This document shows, piece by piece, positions 30,615-41,578 of a DNA stretch of 64,000 bases. This DNA is from a virus: the IMG/VR virus record IMGVR_UViG_3300030090_003378, positions 1 through 64,000 of that record. One strand, written 5' to 3'. How positions within the stretch are numbered: position 1 is the first letter of the stretch; each line of letters starts with the position of its first letter. The notes under the pieces are model-generated. The model worked only from the letters and a program-made list of their open reading frames with translations. It made no database searches and was not told the origin of the DNA. The position numbers and the translations under genes were made by a program.

Positions 30615-32890
30615 TCTTCCTCATCCCCCTCGATTAAAATATCCATATTAATTAGTTTTTCTTTTAGAGATTGTGATTGCCCCTTTAGTTTAGCAGTTCC
30701 TGTAATTTCATCTGTTGATATTTTTTCCAATATGTCATTAAAGTGAGAATTGATTAACTTGGGTATTTTTCCTAATGCGCTGTCCAATTTATTTTCCATA
30801 TCCATTAAATTATCTTTTATCCCCATGCAAGAATCGTATTGTTGAGATAAGTTAGGGTGTAGTTCCAAAATTTGTTGTTTTCCATTTAAGCCCTTTTTAT
30901 TTGTTTTCTCTTCAACCATCCAAGCCACGTTTCTTTTTTTGTTTTTTTCACTAATCATACCTTTTTTCTTTGATAAGGTCATAACAGTTTTATCCATATT
31001 TACTATGAATTCATTCATCATTTTTTGCATAGAGTTACTGTATCTTTGCATTGTGCCTGTTCCTGAAAATGCTTGAATAATAGTTAGTAACGCTTTGAAT
31101 GATTGGGGAAATGTATTACTATCAACATTTTGGAAAATTCGACCTGTGGGCCAATAACCTGTCCAACCTGATGTTGAAGGAACCCATTTATTAATTTGTC
31201 TATCCCATTCTGTGCCTTCTAATTCCCAATATTTGAAATACATTGTCACAAAAATTCCTTTTGCAAATCTTGTATCTAGTAAATTAAACGCCTCTTCAAT
31301 TTCTTTTGATTTTAATACGCCATCAGTAATTCCGAATAAAGCATAATCAGGTCTTTCTTCTAAATCCATCTTGCTGTAAATATTTCTAATTTTATCACGT
31401 ATTGCAGGGGCTTGTGCTTCCGATGCTTCTCTAAGTTCTTCCATTAATTCCTTTGCATCTGCATCAGCGTTGGCTTTTTGTCTAACATAATGTTGCCATG
31501 CCTTTCTAAACATTGTATCTCCTGTGTTCAATTCCTTTCTAATTTTATCGAACAGTGTTTCAACTGCATCAAAGTGGTTTTCTAATCTTTTTTCCTGTGG
31601 GCCAGTTAGTGAATTAGGGGCTTCTCTCCTTTTAGTCATTAGTTTGTTAAATGTATTTTCACCCAAAAGTTTATCCACGTCTAAGAACTCAAACACCGTT
31701 TTGTCTTTATTCTTACGCATTTCATTTTTAATATATGTGTAAATAAAATTAGATTGTTGTCCACGTTTTTCTGTTCTGTGAGTAATACCTTTTCTAATTT
31801 CATCAATACGCATTACTAACTCGCTTACTTTATTTTCATCGAGTGTAATAATTTGATGTAAAATTCTTAAGCCTCTATCTTTAAAATGCATTAAAGGTGT
31901 ATCTTTCAATGCGTTGGCTTTATGTAATGAATTCATAAAAATAGTAAATTCGCGGTAAGGTAAATCTTGAATTTTATTATAGGCTGAAGGCGAAACTCTT
32001 GTAGGAATAGATTCATCTTTTCCGTAAATAACACGACCACCTCTCACCTTTCTTTTCTTTTCCTTGTATTTGGTTTGCTTCTCTTGTTCAGCCGCTCTTT
32101 TTCTTTGCTTCTTGGTTTTCTTTTTACCTTCTTTGAAAGCCTCTTCCAATTTTGGTGATTGGGCGGCTTGACCTGTTTCTAATTCTACGCGAGTTTTAAC
32201 AGGTCTTTCTGATACATCTTCTGTTTTTCCTGCTGTAATATCAAATTGGTTTCTAATATCTTCAAATATTCCCGTAGGAATTCTTTTATCAATTGAAAAT
32301 TTGTTTAGTCCTCTTGTAAACTCTTCTTTTGTATCAGGTGAGGGTTTCCAATTTTGAAATAGATTTTCCGGCCTTCTTTTCTTACCACCTTTTGCATCTA
32401 ATGTTTTTAGTCTTGTCAAAAATTGACCCAATACTGTTAATTTAGCAAGAGTCGGATTACCAGCAAAGTCTTGATACAATGTATTAGTTGTATCTTGAAC
32501 CCATTCAACCCATGATTCATCCCCTCTTGGGAATGCGTTTTTGAATGCTTTATTTTTGAATTTAAGTGAAGCAATATTTTCAGGCATAGGTTCCTTTAAT
32601 AAATTCTTATGCTCTATAAGTTTCTTAATCATGGCATTAATTTTAGCGGGCTTGTAGCCCACCCTGCCTCTAAGTTCATTTGTAGTAGTAATTTGTTTGT
32701 AAAAATCACTTTGTTTATTACGCATTTCAGAAATCAATTGTTCTAATTTATTGTGCGCCGTGTTAATCTCATTGTTTGAAAATTGCTCTAAGTTTAACTT
32801 ATCAGGAATATTATCATCCTTGACAGCCTGTTTCCAATTAGGCATCCCTGCCTTTAAGAGCGATTGCCAATTCAAATGAATCACACTCAT
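30611..32890 (-). CDS. Large basic WxxLLK-leader protein (759 aa)
   Basis: LNWQSLLKAG near the N-terminus. Confidence 0.6.
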   Translation of the reverse strand: MSVIHLNWQSLLKAGMPNWKQAVKDDNIPDKLNLEQFSNNEINTAHNKLEQLISEMRNKQSDFYKQITTTNELRGRVGYKPAKINAMIKKLIEHKNLLKEPMPENIASLKFKNKAFKNAFPRGDESWVEWVQDTTNTLYQDFAGNPTLAKLTVLGQFLTRLKTLDAKGGKKRRPENLFQNWKPSPDTKEEFTRGLNKFSIDKRIPTGIFEDIRNQFDITAGKTEDVSERPVKTRVELETGQAAQSPKLEEAFKEGKKKTKKQRKRAAEQEKQTKYKEKKRKVRGGRVIYGKDESIPTRVSPSAYNKIQDLPYREFTIFMNSLHKANALKDTPLMHFKDRGLRILHQIITLDENKVSELVMRIDEIRKGITHRTEKRGQQSNFIYTYIKNEMRKNKDKTVFEFLDVDKLLGENTFNKLMTKRREAPNSLTGPQEKRLENHFDAVETLFDKIRKELNTGDTMFRKAWQHYVRQKANADADAKELMEELREASEAQAPAIRDKIRNIYSKMDLEERPDYALFGITDGVLKSKEIEEAFNLLDTRFAKGIFVTMYFKYWELEGTEWDRQINKWVPSTSGWTGYWPTGRIFQNVDSNTFPQSFKALLTIIQAFSGTGTMQRYSNSMQKMMNEFIVNMDKTVMTLSKKKGMISEKNKKRNVAWMVEEKTNKKGLNGKQQILELHPNLSQQYDSCMGIKDNLMDMENKLDSALGKIPKLINSHFNDILEKISTDEITGTAKLKGQSQSLKEKLINMDILIEGDEEE

Positions 32891-33111
32891 AGAGATTGAA
32901 TCATTACTACTACTGCTACTGCTACGGGTATTGCAAGAAGAATGTATTTCTTGTATAGTTTAACCTTGGATAAAATCAATTGAGCCTTCGACTCACTAAT
33001 TAATCCCAAGTCCTCTAATTCATCAATAACATCCTCTACAATATCATCTGCTTTCTCTACTTTGCCTTTGAGTTCTTGTTCTTTATCTTTTTTTGTTGCC
33101 ATTTTAATCAC
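32887..33111 (-). CDS. Small protein with C-terminal transmembrane helix
   Basis: YILLAIPVAVAVVVMIQSL. Confidence 0.55.
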   Translation of the reverse strand: MIKMATKKDKEQELKGKVEKADDIVEDVIDELEDLGLISESKAQLILSKVKLYKKYILLAIPVAVAVVVMIQSL

Positions 33112-34141
33112 CTAAATTATGTGGGGATTTTACCCCATGTTTTTGTTCATACATAGCCCTTCTTGCTCTTTCAATTTGAGATTGTTGGCCGGGAGAACGC
33201 TCACCTTGTATATTACGTTGTAATTGTTTTAGGTATTTTAATCTTTTCTCCACCGCTTTAATTTCAACATCTATTTCTTCTTCAGTCATAATGACTTCTT
33301 TATCAGGTCTATACCCTGCTTCTTCCATACGTTCCTCGAATGTTGTTTTAGTAATGTTAAAGTTTTTAGTTTCTTTCCAAGTCATATTAAATCGCCTCAC
33401 TTGTTATGTTGATAATCTTGTTGTGTAGTTCCTGTTCGTGAAAGGTGCATTCTTACTACGGCCAATATTTGCATAAGAGTATTTTTAGGGTTAGTGCTTG
33501 ATTCAATTGCTTGTCTAACTTGCGCTAACACTTGCTCATCTGTAACTTCGTATTTTTTAATTGTGTTTTCCCAATTCATTTTAATCACTGTTCCTCATCA
33601 TATTCAAGTAGGGCGCGTTCTCCTTCTAGTGCTTCATCATAAGATAAATAATGGCGTGATTCACGAGGGTTAATATCTCTCACATCAGTTCCAAATCTAT
33701 CTTTGTCTAATTTTTGTTCTGTGTAAATACCTTGATTACCCAACTTAGTCATTAGATTTAGAATCATACCCTTATGTCCTACCTTTTCAGGAAAATCATA
33801 TTCCTTAATGTCGCCCTCTTCATCCATTCTTTCTGTTTGTAAATGTTTTCGCCAAGGTTTCATTTCATCGTGAATATTACCCTTACTAATTTTTTCTTCC
33901 CACATTATTCTTCACCCCTTAATAAATCTTCAACGTATTCTCGCAGTTTATCAATATTCTCTTCGGCTTCTGCTACTGCGTCTACAACTTTTGCGGGTAA
34001 TGATGCCCCAAGATTCATTGTTTCTAAACTCTCCTGATATTCTAATACTAATTGGATTGCGTGTTCTATTTGCCTAAATAGACTATCTCCTTCTTCTTCG
34101 CCAAATTCATCAGCAATTTTAATTATGTCAGCCCAATTCAT
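33104..34141 (-). CDS. Run of four small leader-bearing ORFs (33104-33400, 33397-33588, 33585-33905, 33905-34141)
   Basis: MTWKETK, MNWENTIK, MWEEKISK, MNWADIIK; overlapping or adjacent stop/start codons. Confidence 0.55.
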
Positions 34142-34563
34142 TGTTCTCGCCTCATTTGATTTTCTTTAGATGTTTTATCATCATCAATTGGGCCACCCTT
34201 AGCCCATGTGTAGCAGGTTCTATCTTTATGACATTTAAAATCATGCATCCAACAGTAACCTAAATCTCCTTCAAGTGGCATACATTCACTCATTCTTGGA
34301 GATATGTCAAATGCGACACAATTAGAACATCTTGATTTCTTAGCAACTTCAGGTGATGTGTTCCAATGTTCTGCTGCATCTACCCAATATTGGTCATCTG
34401 ATAAATTAAGGGGGCCATATCGAATATCTTCATCTTTAATTGCAGCATCTCTATTTTTAGTATTAACTTTTAAATCTTGAGTAGCGCGTGGGCAACTCAA
34501 TTCCTTTAGTAAAATTTCCCAACTCATTGTATCACTTCGGTTTATGTGTGTAAATATCTCCAT
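34138..34563 (-). CDS. Cys/His-rich leader-bearing protein (likely start MSWEILLK at ~34527)
   Basis: CPRATQD...RCSNCVAFD...GYCWMHDFKCHKDRTC, a putative metal-binding domain. Confidence 0.6.
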   Translation of the reverse strand: MEIFTHINRSDTMSWEILLKELSCPRATQDLKVNTKNRDAAIKDEDIRYGPLNLSDDQYWVDAAEHWNTSPEVAKKSRCSNCVAFDISPRMSECMPLEGDLGYCWMHDFKCHKDRTCYTWAKGGPIDDDKTSKENQMRREQ

Positions 34564-34735
34564 CCTTATGCATAAAGATTTTACCTTCCTTTTCTAACTT
34601 AGATAAGACTCTTTTAATTTCAGATTCTTTTCCGAATTGCTTTAGGTTTTTCATGCCTAATGCCCCACCTTCTTTTTTAATTTCAGCAAGTATTTTTTCT
34701 TCAATATCTGCCTTTAGTATATTTTCCCAACTCAT
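34532..34735 (-). CDS. Winged-helix-like small protein with leader
   Basis: MSWENILKA; EIKRVLSKLEKEGKIF. Confidence 0.55.
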   Translation of the reverse strand: MSWENILKADIEEKILAEIKKEGGALGMKNLKQFGKESEIKRVLSKLEKEGKIFMHKDGDIYTHKPK

Positions 34736-35394
34736 TCTAACATCTCCGCAACATTATCTCTAATTTCTGTCCAAATCTCAGGGTATTGTTCAATTAAAAC
34801 TCGCTGAATAACTTCAACCTGTTTAACGATTACAGTTTCCTCCTTCTTGTGGATTAATTCACCCTTGAATGATAGTAAGTATTTCAATGATTCCCGTATC
34901 TCTTTTGCTAATTTTGTAAGGCTATCAATTTGCTTATTGGATAACTCGGTGTCCTCTAATAGTTCTCCCACTTTATCTTGCAGTATTTTAACGTTATTAC
35001 TCAAAAGGTCTATTTCATTTAAGTCCATTCTTGCTATATCAATTGCGGCATGTTGTTGCACAATTGGTTTTAAGTGATTCTTAAGATGTAATTGTATAAC
35101 ATCGACGGAACAACCTAAATGTTTTGCTGCTTCTGAAGGGGTCATTGTACCTTCTCTAATTTGAACTTCTAAATCGGCTCTATTAGGATGAGTGCATAAT
35201 GCACAGGATGGATTACTGCCTTTATTGTAGTTATCAATATGATTCTGCATATGTTTCTTTGCTGTACCTGCCCACCAACCTTCTTGTTTATCTAATTCGT
35301 CGCAAGTTAAATTACCTGCTAAAATATCTGCTTCTAAACCATCACGCTCAGGGTGTTGGCAAAACTTACAGGACTTTCTAACTTTACGACTCAT
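34732..35394 (-). CDS. Candidate terminase small subunit (two CxxC-H/HTH repeats plus coiled coil)
   Basis: CKFCQHPER...KHMQNH and CALCTHPNR...LHLKNH followed by oligomerisation-like helices. Confidence 0.5.
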   Translation of the reverse strand: MSRKVRKSCKFCQHPERDGLEADILAGNLTCDELDKQEGWWAGTAKKHMQNHIDNYNKGSNPSCALCTHPNRADLEVQIREGTMTPSEAAKHLGCSVDVIQLHLKNHLKPIVQQHAAIDIARMDLNEIDLLSNNVKILQDKVGELLEDTELSNKQIDSLTKLAKEIRESLKYLLSFKGELIHKKEETVIVKQVEVIQRVLIEQYPEIWTEIRDNVAEMLE

Positions 35395-36475
35395 TTCGTA
35401 ATATTCCCTCCCATGATATAGGTTGCATTTTTTGTAAGTTAATTCCCGGAGGTGCTTGCTCAGGCGTTGTTCCGGGTTTTTGGAAAGTGCTTAATTCATC
35501 CCCCATAACTTCTCTAATTAGTTTGTTAATAGCCACATTTGATTTAGGCCATTTGAGTTTGTATTGTTTTAAATTTTTACTTCCGGGCATATCCTTAAAC
35601 CCAATCATCATTTCTTCAAGAATAGCAATATCATTTGGTGTTGCTGTGAAAACCTTGTTACTGAAAGCGTCATTTAATCTTGTAGGCATAGGTGTAGTTC
35701 TGCGCCCTTTAGGGTAAATATTTGGGTCATTTAAAATCTCAAGAACGTGCTGTTTCATGGTGCTAATATCCTTTAATCTTCCGGGGGTCCGCTTAACATT
35801 AAACAAGGCAACGGTGCCACGCTTTTGTTTTACTTTTTCTCCCTTTTTACCAATGCTTTTCTTTGCAGTTTTAACAACCTTCATAATGCCATCTTTATTG
35901 TTAGCAATACATTCTAACAGGGGTGGTTTAGCCTTACCTTCGTTTTTATTCCACCATTTATCATCTGCCGCTACAATTTTATGGTTTTCACCATTTACTT
36001 CATTATCCCACTCAAGGTATTTGTTATATGCTGTTGTGCGATAGTGACCATGAACTTCTGCCCTAACTATTTCGGGCTTTTTTGGGTCATCGGTTTCAGC
36101 AAAATATACAACAGTTCTGAACGGGATGTTTTGCGGGTTCTTTTTTGGGTCTTTTAAAACTGCTTCCATTTCATCTACTGCTTTATTAAATAGTTCAATT
36201 TCTTTAGCAGTAATAGTTCCTGATAATAGATTTTGAATTGCTTTGACTAACTCACCTAAACCATCGAAAGAAGCAGTTCCACTTCTTGATTGTTCGGGTT
36301 CACCGTGACGTTCTGCTTGACCTAATACTGTATCGGGTGTTTTACCTTTTCTATTACCATGACCACCAACGATTCCCCAATTAGCACCGTCAGACCATTT
36401 ATTAACCCATTCTTCTAATCTTTGTTGAACACCACGTTCATTCCACTCTTGGTCAAAACTTATTACATCACTCAT
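35384..36475 (-). CDS. Hypothetical protein with a C-terminal copy of the leader motif
   Basis: Ends LQKMQPISWEGILRNES. Confidence 0.55.
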   Translation of the reverse strand: MSDVISFDQEWNERGVQQRLEEWVNKWSDGANWGIVGGHGNRKGKTPDTVLGQAERHGEPEQSRSGTASFDGLGELVKAIQNLLSGTITAKEIELFNKAVDEMEAVLKDPKKNPQNIPFRTVVYFAETDDPKKPEIVRAEVHGHYRTTAYNKYLEWDNEVNGENHKIVAADDKWWNKNEGKAKPPLLECIANNKDGIMKVVKTAKKSIGKKGEKVKQKRGTVALFNVKRTPGRLKDISTMKQHVLEILNDPNIYPKGRRTTPMPTRLNDAFSNKVFTATPNDIAILEEMMIGFKDMPGSKNLKQYKLKWPKSNVAINKLIREVMGDELSTFQKPGTTPEQAPPGINLQKMQPISWEGILRNES

Positions 36476-38068
36476 TCATTACACCTACACTTTGTTTTTT
36501 TATCGTCGCATTTTGGGCAACTACCATAAGTTATATTATGTATATTAGGTTGAAAGCCGGTATTAGTAGTTAAACCTATCCCTGCTTCTTTTTTTGCTTC
36601 ATCATACTGTTGTTCTCTATCTTCAATATTGTGCTGTTCATCTTTAATCACTTCCCTTAGTATATCCATTGTTGATAATGGAACGCCTAATTCCTTTCCT
36701 TTTCTAATGAATTCTTTTACTGCGATTTCCCAATTAGTAATATCTTTATCTGTTGTCTTTTTTAAATAATCTTCCCAAGTCATTCATCTTCCTCCTTTAT
36801 ACGTTGTTCTAATCTTGTAAATTTTGGTTCTCTTTTAATACCCATTTCTTTAGCCCGTTCTCTTTTTCCTCTTTCTACTGCTAAGGTTTTTTTCCAACTG
36901 TGTAAGTTTTGTTTTCTTTTTTGTTCTGCTTCCTTTTCCTCTTTCTCTTTCTTTTCTCGCTCTATTTCACTCAAAAGTTTTCTTGATGCTGTCCTATATC
37001 CCCAACTATCCCATTTGGGATTACCATAAAGTTTTACATAATCTTCCCAACTATTAATTTCAGGTTCTGCTGTCCAAATCATAGTTGCTCTAACATATGC
37101 CTCATTCCCGTAAGGTTGGAAACCTCTAACAAAAAATTTCTTGACTAAATTTTGACTAACTAAGTTATCTAATATTACCTGTGCGAATTTCCAAGTAAGT
37201 GCATTATAATCCTGTATTGCTCTAGTCATTCTTAGTGGGTCAGACCCGTAATCTATTACTACAATACTACCATCATCTCCCCGAACTTGAACAGGTTGCT
37301 TGAAATCACTCATCGCCTCTCTTTGTTCTTCTTCTATATCTTTGATTTCTTGTTCACTTATTAATGTAAAAAACTCATCTCTATAACCTAATATGTCTAT
37401 TAATTCTTGATTTCCCTTCTTAATTATTTGACCTACTTTGCCACTTCCAATATCATCATTACCTTGTATTATCTTAACTTTTTTAAGGTAATTTAACACA
37501 TCGTTTTGAGATTTGCTTAAATTCTCACGCTTAGTTTGTTCGTATTCTTGTCTTGCTTCTTCAACAATTTCAGGTGCATAACGTTCTGCCTCCTCTTGAG
37601 GGGTGACTTTTAATATATTTTCCCAAGTCATCTGTTATACCCCATGTATCTTTCTATATCTGCTGTGCTATAAAGCCAAAATGGAATTCCTTCTTTCAAT
37701 CCTCTGTCGAATAATTCTAATTGTTCTATTAATTTATCAGGTGCATCACTTTCTACTGCTAAATCATACCACACATCAAAGTATTCCTCATATTCTTTGG
37801 TTGGGGATTCATCCCAAATACCTATCATTGCTAATGACTCTTGACGCATTTTATCTACATAAATGTTTAGGTCATCTAAATTAGTAAACTCGATAGGTTT
37901 ATCTACATCAATAATTGAACCTGCAAAAGCGTGTCTAAAATCTATGGGCATTTTATCTAAATTTCTAATATGTGTTGTAACATCTTGAATTAAACCCATA
38001 AAATATTGTCGCCATTCACCGTCAGGGACTTCTGTGGGAATTTCTCTTTTAATAATATTAAACCACAT
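36472..38068 (-). CDS. Three leader-bearing ORFs (36472-36783, 36780-37631, 37628-38068)
   Basis: MTWEDYLK, MTWENILK, MWFNIIK. Confidence 0.55.
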
Positions 38069-38072
38069 AATA

Positions 38073-38468
38073 TCACTTCTTTTTTGGCACTAATGTTTTC
38101 AACGGTCGCTTTAGGTGCATTCTCTTCAAATCATCTTCTGTTTTTGATATTCGTCGCATAGCCTCAACACGTTCTTCTTGTTCTGCATTCCATCTATCGA
38201 AGAATCGAGAAATAGCCATGTAGGATGGACCGGAAAGAATACCTAATACTGCAATATATGATTCAATATCTTCTCTAACTTGGTCGTTAACAAATGCTTG
38301 ATTAATTAACTGATATGATAAAATAAAGAAAATGAAAACCATAGGTAGTGAAACTACTGCAACAAAAATATCATTGAGTGTAATTCTTACATCCCAATTG
38401 CCGTTATCCTTCATGCTTACCAATCCCTGCAAGCCATACATCTTGCTGAATAATCTCCCCTTTTGCAA
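38073..38468 (-). CDS. Two-TM membrane protein (holin-like candidate; likely start MKDNG at ~38414)
   Basis: Two hydrophobic helices and a charged C-terminal tail. Confidence 0.4.
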   Translation of the reverse strand: MQKGRLFSKMYGLQGLVSMKDNGNWDVRITLNDIFVAVVSLPMVFIFFILSYQLINQAFVNDQVREDIESYIAVLGILSGPSYMAISRFFDRWNAEQEERVEAMRRISKTEDDLKRMHLKRPLKTLVPKKK

Positions 38469-38683
38469 GTTTTACAATTATGTCTTGCTCTAAAAGATTT
38501 CTTACGTTTTGTATTGCCTTTCTTACCTGTTACTGAAACACCTCTTTGGCCCCAATGAACTCTTTTATAACCACCTTTTCCATTAGGAACACAAGCCATC
38601 CATTTCTTACCTTTACGGTCAGAACTTGTTTTACCTGTGCGCTTAGTGCATTGACCCGCTTTTAATAAATCAAACCAACTCAT
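38417..38683 (-). CDS. Very basic Cys-containing leader protein
   Basis: MSWFDLLKA; RKKSFRARHNC...CRDW. Confidence 0.6.
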   Translation of the reverse strand: MSWFDLLKAGQCTKRTGKTSSDRKGKKWMACVPNGKGGYKRVHWGQRGVSVTGKKGNTKRKKSFRARHNCKTCKRGDYSARCMACRDW

Positions 38684-38753
38684 TCTTTTACCTCCTTAAA
38701 AATTTCTTCCATACAACTAATAAACATTTTACATTTTGAATACGGCCTTGTCA

Positions 38754-38954
38754 TTAATTATCCCCCCTGCTATCTCCTTCAAATTTCTCATAACCTTTTT
38801 CATCTTGAATATCTGCTAAATCATTTGAAAGTGATGCTATTACTGATTGTAGTTTATCAAACTCTGCACCACCAAATACTTTTGCCGCTAACAACCTGTT
38901 AAATTTTTGTGTTGCTATGCGTATTGCCTGTTCTACCCTCTCCTGTTTATCCAC
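38754..38954 (-). CDS. Hypothetical protein
   Basis: ORF adjacent to the upstream gene. Confidence 0.45.
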   Translation of the reverse strand: MDKQERVEQAIRIATQKFNRLLAAKVFGGAEFDKLQSVIASLSNDLADIQDEKGYEKFEGDSRGDN

Positions 38955-40099
38955 TACTCATCCCTCGCTACTAATTCAACATTTCTCCAAATAAGTTCTT
39001 TAATCATCTGTCCATCATCGTTAATTAAGTATGCATAAATGTCATATGTATCATTTTCAAAATTACTAAGGTAAACTGTTCGGCTATCCCAATCTTGATA
39101 TGTTGTATTGTAAGTATCTACTGTGTAATTATATGGTGCTTCACCATGCCCACTACCATTAACGTAAGCAAGGAATTGAATTGTAACTTCTTGTTCTTCA
39201 TTACATGAAATATCTACATCATAAGTAAATTGTAGGGTGGTATTGTTATTATCTGTATAACTAACATAGTAATCATAATATTCAGGTTCACAAGGTTCCG
39301 GTTCAGGATATTCACATGAACCATCATCTTCTTCTGCCTCTTCATTATAGTTTGTTGCGCTATCATCTGTGCATCCTTGAACGGGTTCTTCTTCAATAAC
39401 AATACCGTTAGTTGTTTCTTCATCCCATATATCATTCATCCACTTAACTTCAATTCTTGCGTGATAATTACCTTCTCCCATATCAGACCAATATTGTTCA
39501 AGGTCAATGTAGCCTTCTTCATCATATGAATGTAGTGTAACTCGTCTAAGACCATCATCATAAAAACCATTAACTTCAATCTCCCACGCAATTTCAATAT
39601 CATCGCAACAGAAATCGCCATCGACTTCAAGACCAAACTCAACCTTTAGTTCATTATCACCAACAAGTGATAATTCGTGATTTTGAATATCTAACAGTTT
39701 TTCATCCTCATGGTAGTTACAAGTCCCATCATCTTCTTCAGCGTATTCATCGTAATTCTCAGCATTACTATCTATACATCCGTAGCGAACAGGTTCAGGA
39801 TAATAATGTCCATTATCTTGCCAAGCCCATTCATCATCACCATCACCTGCGGGCGTAAGGTCAATAACACCACCTAATTCTAATCCACTACCTGCAATTA
39901 GAACAAGAATAGGAATAACAGCAGTAATTAATTTTTGTAGTTTTTCTGCTGTAACTGTGGCTTTATCTATGGCTGATGTGTTTTCCTGAATAGAGTTATT
40001 CAATACACCATCGTCAAGAATATCTGCAATAACATCTTTTGTAGACCTGCCAGTTAATTCCGCAATTTCTTTTGCATTCTCTAATGCTTTATCTACCAT
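38954..40099 (-). CDS. Membrane-anchored acidic protein with GCxDxxAxNYxxxAxxDDGxC repeats
   Basis: TM helix (VIPILVLIAGSGL); repeats YGCIDSNAENYDEYAEEDDGTC and QGCTDDSATNYNEEAEEDDGSC. Confidence 0.7.
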   Translation of the reverse strand: MVDKALENAKEIAELTGRSTKDVIADILDDGVLNNSIQENTSAIDKATVTAEKLQKLITAVIPILVLIAGSGLELGGVIDLTPAGDGDDEWAWQDNGHYYPEPVRYGCIDSNAENYDEYAEEDDGTCNYHEDEKLLDIQNHELSLVGDNELKVEFGLEVDGDFCCDDIEIAWEIEVNGFYDDGLRRVTLHSYDEEGYIDLEQYWSDMGEGNYHARIEVKWMNDIWDEETTNGIVIEEEPVQGCTDDSATNYNEEAEEDDGSCEYPEPEPCEPEYYDYYVSYTDNNNTTLQFTYDVDISCNEEQEVTIQFLAYVNGSGHGEAPYNYTVDTYNTTYQDWDSRTVYLSNFENDTYDIYAYLINDDGQMIKELIWRNVELVARDE

Positions 40100-40100
40100 A

Positions 40101-40995
40101 TTAATCTCTCCAATAATATAATGTTTTCACGTTGCCGGTGGTTCCCACTGGATTTCTTTGCACATGTATATTAGGATGATTTTGTAAAAATTTTCTTACT
40201 CTTTTATTTGACCAATTTCCTAAATCTAAACTTGTTAGGGCTTTTAATTTAAGACCTGAAGGATTTCTTTTCAATACTTCAATAATTCTGTCTTCCATTT
40301 TTGGCTTTGGGACGTGTGGTTTTCTAACCCAATCATCTTTTTTAGCCTTAAGTGTATCTTCCCAACTCATTTAACTTCCCCCTTTAATTTACTAATAACA
40401 TCTTCTAAATCCATAATAACTTCTCTCATTTGATTTCTATACCTAATGCCTGTTTGGTTATCTAAACCTGCCATCTCAAATTTATCTATTAGTGTGGTAA
40501 ATTGCTTACCCAAGTGAATAACTTTTTGATTGTATTCGCGCATATTATGTTCTGATTGTAGTTCAGGGCGATTTTCCATTAAATCATCTACTACCGCTTC
40601 ATCTTCAAAACCACGCTTAACTCTTACTTTGGTTTTGTGAGGAACTTCTTGTAAAGTATCTGCCCATCCCATAATATAACCACCGTCTATTTTCAATATA
40701 AAGGTTACTATTTTTTCTTTCCCCATTTTTTACCTTTACCTTTTTGTCCACAGGCAGAAGGTGTAGGTCTACAAGAAGGATATTTAGAGCGTTTATCTCC
40801 TTTAGAACGACCACAGGCACTACAAGTTTTACGTCCTGTTTTCTTATCTTTACGACAAGTATTACAATCTACCCAGCCGCCTTTACTTCCTTTAGCCCCT
40901 TTACGACCAAACCAATCTCTAAGACTTGTTTCAGAAGAAGGCTTTGCAGTTAATTTGCGTTTTTTTAATACTTCTTCCCAAGTCATAATAATCAC
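40101..40995 (-). CDS. Three leader-bearing ORFs (40101-40370 wHTH-like; 40367-~40672; 40708-40995 basic Cys-rich)
   Basis: MSWEDTLK, MGWADTLQ, MTWEEVLK. Confidence 0.55.
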
Positions 40996-41153
40996 TTCTT
41001 AGATTTGCCGTAATTAGCACAACCCTTTTTTCTACATTGTACTACTCTACCTGAAGCATATGCTGAAGGCCAAACTTTTGCTGTTGCTTTGACCTTTCTA
41101 GCACAACAGTCTAGTTTCTTTTTTTTCTTCTTCTTCAAAATATCTTCCCACAT
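40992..41153 (-). CDS. 53-aa basic leader protein missed by the ORF track
   Basis: Translates as MWEDILK, a Lys run, then LDCCARKVKATAKVWPSAYASGRVVQCRKKGCANYGKSKK*; GGTGA RBS upstream. Confidence 0.7.
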   Translation of the reverse strand: MWEDILKKKKKKKLDCCARKVKATAKVWPSAYASGRVVQCRKKGCANYGKSKK

Positions 41154-41157
41154 AGTA

Positions 41158-41577
41158 TCACCTGTAAATATACATTGGTAGTTCTGCTAAATCTGCATAT
41201 ACGCCTTCAGACATAATATCGGAAACTTGAGTGTAACAATACACGGGTTTTCCGCCTTGTTTATTCACTTGTTCTCTTAGTATATTAATGTCAGTATCAT
41301 TCATTGGATTTACAAGTGCTACTTTAGGTTTATCGTATAAGTGATTATTGCGGTCTGCAAGTAATTGAGAATAATGACCTTCTCCTCTGTATTCAGGTGC
41401 AATATATGTATTTCCTACAAAGTAAAAATCTCCCATATCTGCGAATGAAGTGTAGCCTACAATATCGGGATATATTGCACCTACAAAATAAGTAACAGGT
41501 TCAACAATAGCGGGATAACCTTTGTCTGTTGGGTTAAGAGTGTCTGTAAAGTTAGTGTCTGAGGAAAAAGTAATCAT
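41158..41577 (-). CDS. GNAT-family acetyltransferase-like protein
   Basis: YIAPEYRGEGHYSQLL matches the acetyl-CoA-binding motif A. Confidence 0.55.
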   Translation of the reverse strand: MITFSSDTNFTDTLNPTDKGYPAIVEPVTYFVGAIYPDIVGYTSFADMGDFYFVGNTYIAPEYRGEGHYSQLLADRNNHLYDKPKVALVNPMNDTDINILREQVNKQGGKPVYCYTQVSDIMSEGVYADLAELPMYIYR

Positions 41578-41578
41578 A

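Noticed and set aside
28020-32890. Virion RNA polymerase subunits among the large unknown ORFs
   Set aside because: I found no DxDGD or other polymerase motif by eye; only structure prediction could revive the idea.
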